DNA from: Chromera velia
Taxonomy: Eukaryota
Assembly: GCA_018398765.1 (NCBI GenBank)
Contig: JAHBMJ010000395.1
Location: forward strand, 1 to 48,299
Reading direction: 5' to 3'
Length of the DNA stretch: 48,299 bases
Shown piece by piece: positions 25,537-38,554 of the stretch. The notes beneath the pieces are model-generated. The model saw nothing but the letters and a program-made list of their open reading frames with translations, was not told the DNA's origin and did no database searches. The number at the start of each line of letters is the position of its first letter. Position 1 is the first letter of the stretch. A program made the translations under genes and the position numbers.

Positions 25537-26240
25537 ACACACACACACACACATCGATCCGTGTCATTTTCAATTTTTACCTCTTTTCTCTTCTCTCCGT
25601 GCGGACCTGCCCCTTTTCGTCTTCGTGCGCCTTCCTGCTGTCTTAACCTCCTCCGCGGCCTTGTGTTTCTTCCCATGGCAATCAACCCTGCTGCCTGCCT
25701 GCCTGCCTGCAGGTTGTGTTCATTCCCATTTTGTACAAAGACAAGGACGCGGACAAAATCATTCAGAACGCAGAGGCCATCTACAAGAAGGCACAGGGGG
25801 CAGGAATCAGAGCAGAACTCGACGCACGCACAAACTATAACCCTGGTCAGCCTGTCTCTCTGCCTGTATGCCATAGCCCTCCCGAGTTGTTTATCCTTGA
25901 GTGACCACAGAGTCATGCCGTCTCCACCCCCACACTCATAAGGGCCCCCGGCTGTCTGTTGCGTCGGTTTGTGGTTCTTACTGCCGAACTGCAACCCCCA
26001 TGCTTCCTTCCCCACAGTCTGTCTGACCCGTTTTCCCTTTCCTTGGCGTCTTTTCTTCCTGTCTGATTTTGTGAGTGTCGTCCCGTCCACCCTTGCTTGA
26101 TCAGCCTCTCGTCCCTCCTTCTTCCTTCCTTCCTTCCTGGACTGCAATGGCTTGTGCATGACTCACGCTTTCATTCGCATTTATTGGCATGCCAACGGTT
26201 CTTGTAAGCTGTTCTCTCTCTCTCTCTCTTTGTGTGCGTG

Positions 26241-26295
<55 letters not shown>

Positions 26296-28094
26296 ACGAT
26301 GATGCATGCGACTGCATGTGCAGGATGGAAGTTCAACCACTGGGAGGTGAAGGGCGTGCCCATCAGGTGCGAGGTGGGCCCTCGGGACGTTGAGAACGGA
26401 ACTTGCCGGCTCGTCAGAAGAGACACAGGAGAGAAGGTCGACATCCAACAGGAGAACCTGGTCACGGAGGTGGGTCAGGGGGGCATGGGTGCATGGGGGG
26501 GATCCGTGGGATTCCTTTTTCTTTTTTCTGTTTGTCTTGTTGTTTGGGGGTGGAAGAGGAGGGACGTTGGGGGGGAGGTGAAAGGAACCAGAACGAGTCA
26601 GACAGCGGAAAAACATAGACCGACCCGTTGCAGGGAAATGAAAGGTCGGCTGATATCATCCGAAATGTTGTCTCCCTCCGTCTTTTCACGGGCCCTGTGC
26701 GTGTTGTGGGCGGCGGCTGCGTCTTCGCCTGCAGAGAGGAGGACAGAATCCCTTGGAACGCCTACGTCATGTGAGCGTGTGTTCTTGTGTGTGTGTGTAT
26801 CACTCACTCACTCACTCACTCACTCACTCACTGACTGCAGTTGAATGCCCTTTTGGAGAAGATCCAGCAGTCCCTGTTTGACAAGGCCGCCCAACTCCGA
26901 CAGGAGGGCATCGCGAAGATTTCCACATTTGCGGAAGTCATGCCCGCACTCAACAACAGAAAGTGTGTGCTTGCTCCCTGGTCAGTCAGTCAGTCAGTCT
27001 TACGAGAGAGAGAGTCACTTGCAAAAAGCACTGCCAACATGTGCGAGGTGTAAAAAGTCAGCAAGTAGAAGTGGCTGTCTGTCATCGTGAGAGCCTGACA
27101 CAATGGCATCAAGGGGCATCGGCAAGAAGACTGTGTAGGTGTCTCTCCTTCCCTTCTCTGGCGAAGTTTCGAGTAAGTATTCGTGTGCCCTTCCGTGCGT
27201 GTCTCCTTGTTGATCCCCCCCCTGTCACGTCAGGTGCGAGGAGGAGGCAACAGAGGACGAGATCAAGAAGGAGACCCAGAGACTCTCCGAAGAGATGGCA
27301 CAGACACAGGCAGAAGTCGAGGTCGGTGTCTTCTCGAGTAGAAGAGAGGGAGGGAGGGGGGAAGGGAGGGAAGGTGCGATCAGTCAGGATGCAGCAATCT
27401 TTTCTTTTTTTGTCAGTGAGATGACCTTTCGCCTCACATGCGTTTGCAGTCTCCTAGCACTTTCGCCGATATGGCATGAAAAGTCACTTTCGTTTTTGTG
27501 CTGTTTCGAGTACTTTTTCTGCCTGCAAGGTCAAGTGCATCTCTCGATCCGCATTTCACCGTTGCAGGAGGAGGGTGCGGCACCCGCTCTGACCGGTGCC
27601 ATGAAGACTCTGTGCATCCCTCTGAATCAGGTGAGGGAGGTGGGGGGGAGGGAAGGGAGGGAATCGATTTGTCTGTCCTTGCTGATAGAGCTGGGTTTGT
27701 TCCCTTGTCGTTGTCGGGGAGAGAGCAGAGACTGTCGCTTCCACGGGTAATCAGGAGAGACTCAAGCAGCTGCGGGGGGGAGAGAGTTTGCACCTCGAGA
27801 GTCGCAGTAGTATGATGCTGTGGGACCCAGTGAAAGAACACGCCCAAAAAGTCTGCCCTTGCAGTTGCATGGTCCTTTGTGCCTGGCTCCCTCCTCTTGC
27901 CATTCTTTGCTTTGCTTTTTTGCCTTTGATTCCCTCCCTCCCTGGAATCAATTCATCCTGCGTCTCTTTTCATCTCCTTTGCTCTCCTCCTCTGCTCGCC
28001 TCTGTGCATGCAGCCCGAAATGCCCGAGGGGACAAAATGCTTCTGGACAGGGAAGCCCGCAAAGAGCTGGACCCTCTGGGGGAGGAGTTATTGA
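19307..28094 (+). CDS. ProRS: Prolyl-tRNA synthetase (eukaryote/archaeal type) with N-terminal YbaK/ProXp-ala-like editing domain, 20 exons, 715 aa
   Basis: Model join(19307..19369,19447..19578,20051..20152,20426..20463,20728..20804,21135..21212,21534..21646,22240..22320,22886..23005,23305..23380,23712..23940,24324..24580,25044..25102,25413..25484,25713..25845,26324..26469,26841..26980,27234..27321,27568..27630,28014..28094) = 2148 nt, phases consistent. Core motifs: [102 protein letters not shown]-domain motifs: [19 protein letters not shown]. Confidence 0.97.
22045..22630. repeat. Intronic microsatellites (GT)n, (CT)n, (CCTT)n, (CTTT)n flanking ProRS exon 8
   Basis: Directly visible. Confidence 0.9.
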
Positions 28095-29607
28095 CGGAAT
28101 TAACGGTTTTGCTTGTCATGTCGGTGCTTGTGTGTTAGGGTAGGGGGTCTGTGACGATCGGAGCAGCGACAGTGGCGGCAACATGTTGATAATTAAGGGA
28201 AATGCANGGGGGGGAGGTTTGGATGACCAGACTCGAGAATGCGAAGAGAAAGCGGGAAAGGATATGCTTTGCGTGTGTGCTTGCAATCTGCACATGCACG
28301 CATGCATGCACAACAGCGTTCAATGCACGCACATCAGTAAGTTCCTTTCGAAAATGAGAGGCGCAGACGAGGGTACCTTAATTCAATCAATCAGTGCGGC
28401 AATTTAAGATTGGGGAGAATTTGATGGGGCTACCTGTCTTGAAAGTGTTGGGATGGCACGGCGGGTGAGTGCATGGATTGATCTAGATTGATCAGTCGCT
28501 CGTCCAGCCGCTCAAAACAATTTTGTCTGACAATTTCCTAAACACGCATATTTCTTTTAGTCTTTGAAACTCTTAGAAACTTTTTTCGGATAATTTAAGC
28601 AAATTTGAGTAAATATTTGCTTTCATAAAGCATCACGTCAACCTCAGTATTTCGGTTGGCGCTGCAAACGAATCGGCCTGCCTGTAGTACCATGAAATTA
28701 CCTGGAATCCTGATTTATGAAAATAGAGCTGAAAAATCATTAATTTTATATACCCCTACTTAAATTGAAGTCAAATAGAATTAAATAGAATAAAGTAAAA
28801 ATCTGAATAGAAACGGTATGCTTGTTGGGATTTAGAGGTTCTTATACAAAAAAAAAAGTGCACTCCAGTTTGTATTTCATACTCCAAAAAAAATGTAACT
28901 ATGAAGCCAAGTTGATAAATATAAAAATATAAATCTAAAGAAATATACTTTAGCTTTTTAAAAAAATATAGAAGGCCTCGGATTAGGATTAGGATTTATT
29001 TGGATTCGGAAGCCTCGGATTCACCCGAGCTGCCCTCGGAAGACACACAACTAAACTTCATTGAAGTTCATTCTCGCACTTGCCTTCGCGGGTATTCGCG
29101 GGCGAATACACAGCTTTTGTTTGAAGCTTCATAAAGCTTCATGCACCTCAGTTGCCATACTTGTCTATACACATCATACATCCGGGTGTCGATGCTAGCT
29201 AGCCTGGGCTGGTTGGGGACCGTGGTTGGTCACACCGTTGGTGAATGTTGCATGGCGACCCCGCAAGCCGGCCCGGCGCCGTCTCTCCTCACAAATCATC
29301 CCGAATATTCACGAATCTTACCCTCCTTTACTTTTTGAGTGATTTCTCAACGTTTCTCGACTGTGTACGTCGATCAAATTCGATATTCATAGGTCCACCT
29401 CCGACATCTTTTAGTAATCTCTGATTGATCATTCCGACGGATCAGAACAGAGGGTTTCCAGCTAGATTATTTCCACGCGTACTCTCACTGAGCTGTTCTT
29501 TGTCTACGGAGATCACCGTCTCTCGAACCATTTCGGTGCGGTCAGCGCTGGAAACGAACGATGAGTCGATAAGAACGCCTGAGAGCCCAGGAAAGGTTTT
29601 GTGTGAA

Positions 29608-31924
<2,317 letters not shown>

Positions 31925-32019
31925 ACTATGAAGGTGTCACTTAGGTGTGTACAGTAATACAAAAAATCGATGGCAAACCGATGTATTTTGTGAGGAACGT
32001 TTTGTATTGTCAGTGTCTT

Positions 32020-32528
32020 CGTGACTGACTGACTGATTGATTCATTGATGGATGGATTGAATCATTGATGGATGGATGGATCGGTGGATGGGTGGATGGA
32101 TGGACTGATTCATTGATGGATGGGTGGCTGGATGGATGGATGGCTGGATGGATGGATTGATTCATTGATGGATGGATGGGTGGATGGATGGATTGATTCA
32201 TTGATGGATGGGTGGATGGATGGATGGCTGGATTGATTCATTGATGGATGGATGGATGGGTGGATGGATGGATTGATTCATTGATGGATGGATGGGTGGA
32301 TGTATGGCTTGATTGATTCATTGATGGATGGATGGGTGGATGGAAGGATGGATGGATTGATTCATTGATGGATGGGTGGATGGATGGATGGGTGGATGGA
32401 TGGATTGATTCATTGATGGATGGATGGATGGGTGGATGGATGGATTGATTCATTGATGGATGGATGGGTGGCTGGATGGATGGATTGATTCATTGATGGA
32501 TGGATGGATGGATGGGTGGATGGATGGA
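32020..32528. repeat. Higher-order satellite: GATTGATTCATTGAT cores separated by variable (GGAT/GGGT)n runs
   Basis: About a dozen recurrences of GATTCATTGATGGATGG with variable tetranucleotide spacing, downstream of the MFS stop. Confidence 0.9.
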
Positions 32529-32934
32529 CAACCAACTGCTTCGGGACTCCAAGGCAGAGCATGTGATGGTCAGCGGTTCATGCAGAGCACCAAAGAAAAA
32601 CTTTCTAGATGCCAAATCGGTGCCAGTCTGCATGCCGCATGAACACGTACTCTCTTTTCTTTCTTTCTTTCTTTCTTTCTTTCTTTCGTTCGTTCGTTCG
32701 TTCGTTCGTTCGTTCTTTCTTTCTTCCTTTCTTTCTTTCTTTCTTTCTGCCTGCGAAATGCGACGCTGACTGGTCCAAGATCTTCATTCGCTCAGCTGTT
32801 CAGCTCTGCCTTTCCAAACCGAGTCTATTGTATGTGACACTGTATGCCTGTGTGTCTGCTTTTCTGAAGATAGGTCTGTTGGACTGTCAATGTCTGCGTT
32901 CTTTTTGCTCTCCCCCCCCCCNCCCCCCCCCCCC

Positions 32935-32965
<31 letters not shown>

Positions 32966-33406
32966 TGTGTATGAGTGTGTGTGTGTGTGCAGATAGAGAA
33001 AGACTCAGAGACGTTCAGACTGATCGACAATGATACGCTGACCACAGTTCGGGTAGACCCGACACTAAACTCCGTCCAGGGTGAGTTGATCAACACCTAT
33101 GTGCTTGCGCTGAGGGTTCACTTTCACCCATCAATGTGAGTTGCATTTCCTTGAAATCCTCCAAATGATGAATCCACCGTTCTGTTTTTGTTCCAGAGCT
33201 GTCAACCACCACGCATTGACACAGTCTCTTTGCTCCCTTTTTGCTTTCAAGCATGGTCAAGGGTTCGTGATACAAATTGTCCATTCATTTGTCATGCAAC
33301 CTGTTTCATACCCTTGCATGCCTGCAGTGATTGGATCGTGCGATTCCGCATGCATGAGTCTGAGGGAAAGACTGCAGGGCGAGGGGAGAGTTGGGCCTCA
33401 AAGTAA

Positions 33407-36020
33407 ATGATTCTGAAGGTCGGCATGGTAAGGGGGAAGGATCTCCGTCGGCTGGACGCATTCCCTCTTCTTATGACGGCGGTCCTTCTTCTGGGTGGAG
33501 GTCTCATACTGGAGGAAGTGGGATGCAGGGGGCAGGAAGCACTGGCCGCAGCCAAAGAGGACCTGACTGGAGGGAGGACTTCAGGAGTCGGCAGAAGGAC
33601 AACTGGTGAGTGAATTGAGAATGTAGGTGTGAATGGAAGATTGATAGCTGCATGTGGTTCTTGCACATGCAATCAATATCCGCGCTCCTTTACGAGTCCC
33701 ATTGATTTGACTTCCAGGGCGAGCATTCCCCGGGATTCCCCGGGGACGATTCCCGTCTTAGTTCAAGCAACAGGTCGACAGAGAGCTAGGGCACGTGTTC
33801 CACGACAAAAGACGGCTCTCCTCTTTGCATGCATGAAGGATGAAAATCGACGCAGATATGTATCGCTCCTGCAGGCTGTCAGAAGCTGTCATCCCCGAAA
33901 TGCAGTCAACTATTACGTTGAACAAAGGAAACAGCCCCTCCGAGAACACAGGTCAGTCACTTCCGTAGAGTTTCGAAAAAGCCTGAATGTCGTAGCCTCT
34001 TTCCATGTTCAAAGTCAAGACTCGCCATCAATCGAAATATTTGCATTTGATCCCGTGTATGTATGCACGAACTCGTGGGCGCACATTAGCTATTTCCTCT
34101 CAGGACGCAGGCGTTTTGTAAGTTCTCCGTTCGTGTTTGCATCGTGTGTGAGGCTACTTGCATGCTTCGTTTACGATTCAGTGTTGCACCCAAAAACATT
34201 TGGGTGCCGGACAATGTCTCTTGGGAGAGTTTGCTGATGTGCCTAGCTGGCTGTCTGCAGATAAGGGGTCGGGCTTTGACTGTCGTGGCTGCGTGGGAGA
34301 GCACCTTCGGGAAGATGCCGTCAAAAGAGACGGTACATGCTCTCAGTGTCAGAAGCTCGTGCACCTTCCTTCGCCTCCCTTTCCCTGCACATCTGAAAGA
34401 CGAATTCAGGGGGCAGCTGAAGCATGCAGGAGCAAAAGCGGCATGCAGAATGAATGAGGGAATGATCGAATCAAAGAAGTACGACTGCATGCATGTGCTC
34501 TGGTCCTCACGGACAGGGGGGCAAGGGTTGATGAAGACGGGTGGACACCGACGCTCAGGCGGCCATCCAGCAGTCTCTCAGATTGGAAGGTCGTCTGGCA
34601 GTGCGGCTAGTTGTTCCTCTGCATCCGCTGCTTCCTCCTCCCTCTTGGGGGGGTCTCAGGCTCAGTCGGATTCTCTCTTCTCTCTTCTCCAGATTGTGAA
34701 GGAGGGAAGTGTCTTGGACGTCGCAGNNNNNNNNNNNNNNNNNGGAGGGAGAATCTGATGGAGATGACGAATCAGAGGGGGGGGACGAGTCGGACTCGGC
34801 AGGTGATAGTGATGGGGAGGAAGGCGAAGGTGAAGGAAAGGAACTTCAAGGGAGAGATAAAAAGAAACTAAAGGTCTCCTCTAGTTCAACTTTCTCTCAG
34901 GGCTCGGCAGTGGGAGGCGTGGTGGCATCCTGGTTTCAAGGTGCCGCCAGGTCTTTCTCGAGACTGCTCTCCGGTGGCATTTCCGGTCAGCCCTCTGCTG
35001 TTTCGTCTTCTGCTGTCAGAGTGAATGACCAGCAGGGCCCAGGGGCGGGGGATGACTCAGAGGGTGAGGATGAGGATAGCGATGATGGAGAGGAGGAGAA
35101 TGGGAATGATGCTGGAGGAGAGGCAGAGGCAGAGACAGAGGTTGTTCCCACCGCGTTCTTTTGTCTCACCATGCGTGCCATTCTCTTTCACAGACGACAA
35201 TACAGAGAGTTGATGCAGACTCTGAGGTGGAGAGCAGAGAGAATTCGTCTGGGTGAGGCTGTTGGGGCAGACGCTGCCAAAAAGCAGTGGATATCCGATG
35301 ACGACGGTCACAAGGCACGGAAGCAGAGTCAACTGGACGATCTGGTCTCCGCACAGTACGAATCTGGGGGTGATAGAGAGGGAGAAGAGGAAGAGAGGGA
35401 GGAGGATGGAGAGAATGGAAGCGCGGGAGCCTCAGAGCATGGAGAAAGAGACGAGGAATTCCCAGAAGATGAAGACGTTGGCGACGTCGCTCCGGAGGCT
35501 TCAGAGGGAGAGACCTCAAGGAAGAGGAAGTCAGTCTTTTAGACCTGGGCCATGACTGCGTGAATGATAATCATGATGTGGTGGATGAGTGTTCGAGCCA
35601 GCTCCACAAGACCGCGTGCAGAGATTTGTGCATGCAAACAGACCTCTGCAGGACTTTGCCCCCTTCTCGATCGTCGTCTTGTCGGTTTTTTTTTTTTTAA
35701 GAAAGGCATTCATTTGTCTCTGTTTTTTCTGTTTCTTCTTTTTTTTTTGCTCTTTGTCTGTCCGTTTGCGTGTTTTCGCCATCAACAAAATTTTTCTGCC
35801 TGAACGCCTCTCAAAGTCTTTCGTTCCTTTCCCCAACAGATCAAATTACAAGAACTACTGCGATCAAAGAAGGGATGCGGTCGCAAGGGCATGAATCAGA
35901 GATAACCAGTGAAAGAAAAGAGTTCATGCACGTTGGCATTTTGACCTACTTTTAGTTAACAATCTCCACTTTGGACATCAATTTCTTTTTCTGCATGGTT
36001 TTTGCAGGCGCGCCGATTGA
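33407..36020 (+). CDS. Hypothetical protein with N-terminal hydrophobic segment and acidic (D/E/G/S-rich) C-terminal half; tentative model
   Basis: Phase-consistent model join(33407..33605,33774..33951,34182..35529,36008..36020), or unspliced termination at TAG 35542. The frame shifts across the N gap at 34727-34743, probably because the gap length is an estimate. No family recognised. Confidence 0.5.
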
Positions 36021-37098
36021 GTCTAGCTCGGACTGACTGAAAGGAGACACGACCTGGCTGATCGAGCCTCCTCCTTCCGGCACAGGCGTCCTCGGGCCAC
36101 CGACCGTGACAACCAAGATCAGAACCCCTGCCTCACCTGTCCCGCCACCGTTGGCAGTCAGGTCACCGGCGGCGATTCCTGCACCGCCTCCGTGACGGCT
36201 TCCCACTCCGACTTGAAGGCAAGTTGAAGCGTTGGGCATCGGACATGGTTGCGGCCTGTCTTATCCACCTAGAGAATGCTCTGCCTGCCAGATCCGATAC
36301 CGAGCGATATTGGTTTCAAGAAGCTCTGCATGAGGTGTACGGTATTCCAACCGTAGTTGGAGCAGACGATGCTAGAGACGATGAAGACACTGCACAAAAA
36401 TAAACAAAATGGTTGTTTATATGTCAACGTATTAAAACATGTTGTGTAAGTATGTATAAGCTTTTGAAATGTTAGGAGATCGCTAGGGAGATTAATTATT
36501 GTTTTAGTTTTGTTTTTAATGTTTGATTTGTAGACTAGCTTTTACTAAAGCTTTTACAACAATTTCTTTTCAGAAAGTTAGAGAGGGTACGTGTCTGACA
36601 GCCTCAGGGTGAACAAAATTTTTTTGTTGAGTGCATGTTCATACTTCAAGTTTGTTCACTATTGTTCAGTATGAACACAAAAGAGTGAACATTTATCGGG
36701 ACAGCTCGAGTGACCGACAGACAAAAAATTTTTATAATATATTATAATAAACGTAGTGCAACCTAGAGTGTAACTATATTGATCGACAATTATTTAATGA
36801 TCGAACCTTAGCAGCTACCGTATTTAATTAAACCTAGAATTAAACGGTATTTTAATGGAGCTAGAACTCAAAACGCATCATTAGCCATTTTAAATGCCCT
36901 ATAAAAGCTAGTATAAAAGCTAATTTTTTTTTTTGAATTGAGGCGGTTAAAGCCGGTGAGCCACCACTTAGGCTCTGGCTAATACCCCATTTTATATATC
37001 ATTTCTTATGTGGCAGTGCATCGATTTCTGTTCCGAGTTAAGACATATGAAGATACACAATCATATTGATTCCTAGATTGATTCATATACCTGATATT

Positions 37099-38282
37099 TC
37101 ATCGGTGTAACACGTTCAGTGACACACTAACCGTGACACTTTCTTGAACACTTTTCATTTCAGGTGGAGCCGTCGGAAGACGCCCAGAACCTGGCCCAGA
37201 ACTCTTTCCACATTCTTTGCATCTTGACCGTCGCCGTCCATGCACACAAATTGACCGGCCACCGCACTCTACACAATGTTCACGACGCTTGCCGTGGGCA
37301 CATATAGAACCACCCCCGCATTCTTTACAGCGAGTCCGTTGCTTTCCATGTTCACAGATTGACCCCCCACCACACTCTACGCAGAGCTCACGGCGCTTCC
37401 CATGAACACAAAACCCAGCGCCACCACATTCTCTACACAACCGTCGCCGTCTCTTGTGCTCACAAATACCACCCCCTCCACACTGTACACACACATGGCG
37501 GCTACGGCCGTGCTCGCAAACTTCGCTCCCCCCACACTGAAGGCATCGAGTCCGAACCTTCTTGTGAATGCAAATGGAACCCCCCCCACAGTCTTTGCAC
37601 AAATGCCGAAGCCTCTTATGAACACAGATCGCCCCCCCACCGCACTCCTTGCATCTGTATCGCATACGCCCATGCTGGCAAACAGTCCCTCTGCCGCACT
37701 TTTGACAATCTGTCGGGTCTCTTCCATGTTCACACACAGCGCTGTCCCCACAGTCTTTGCACTCATTCCGTTTTTTTCCGTGCTCACAGAGTGACCCCCC
37801 TCCGCACTCTATACAACGCTCACGGCGCTTGCCATGAACACAAAACGCGACACTCCCACACTCTCTACACATACGCCGCCGCCTCTTGTGCTCACAGATA
37901 CCGCTCCCTCCACACTCGACACAGTCATAGCGTTTGCAGCCATGCTCCTCGCATATTTCCCCTCCCCCACACTCCCGGCATTGACTTCGACGCCTGTTGT
38001 GAATGCAAAGGGCACCACGAGACTTTTTCGCGTGTTTTTTCATCTTATGCTCAATAAGCGCCTTCTCGGACTCATACAAAACTTCGCACACCCCACACCA
38101 CAGCTGCTCAACCCCCTCCTCCGTCTCATTCTTTATGGCCGTTGCGACCCCCCCCTTCTCCTTCTTCTGGGGACCCTGCCCCCACTTGCGACGCCATGGC
38201 CACCGACTGGAAGCAAAAGGCCGCGTGAAATGATTGGCGGAGACGGGAGTGACGCTGCCCTTCCTGCGAGACCCCCCAGCTG
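37099..38282 (-). CDS. Zinc-finger repeat protein: one C2H2 finger plus 15 tandem ~18-aa C-x-H-x6-C-x2-C repeats (terminal exon; 5' end unresolved)
   Basis: Open frame with CGVCEVLYESEKALIEHKMKKH (C-x2-C-x12-H-x4-H), then 15 units of consensus CEHGKRRxxCxECGGGSI, stop TGA at 37099. Preceded by a pyrimidine tract and TGCAG acceptor near 38283. No upstream exon could be placed with confidence. Confidence 0.85.
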
Positions 38283-38437
38283 CTGCAGGCAGAAGAACAA
38301 TCAAGGGGATAAAAAGAGAAAAGGAAAGGAAAAACAAAAAATATCTCTCTCTCTTTCACACTTCCTCGCTCCTCCCCTCTCTCTCCTTCTCCGTCTATCC
38401 TGGCGTCTGTGTGTCAGTCATAAAAAAGGAGACTCTA

Positions 38438-38554
<117 letters not shown>

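Noticed and set aside
32993..33080. Exon-like segment (TGCAG...CAGG|GTGAGT) upstream of the acidic hypothetical gene
   Set aside because: Could not be joined in frame to downstream exons; it may be a UTR exon, so it was left out of the CDS.
34727..34743. Apparent frameshift in the acidic hypothetical gene
   Set aside because: Coincides with an N gap of estimated length; an assembly artefact is more likely than biology.
35952..36239. 95-aa Gly-rich minus-strand ORF
   Set aside because: No motif or splice support; it overlaps the probable 3' end/UTR of the plus-strand gene.
36605..36695. CAGGGTGAAC with clustered TGAACA/TGTTCA motifs as another hAT terminus
   Set aside because: No partner inverted repeat or TSD found; at most a solo decayed end.
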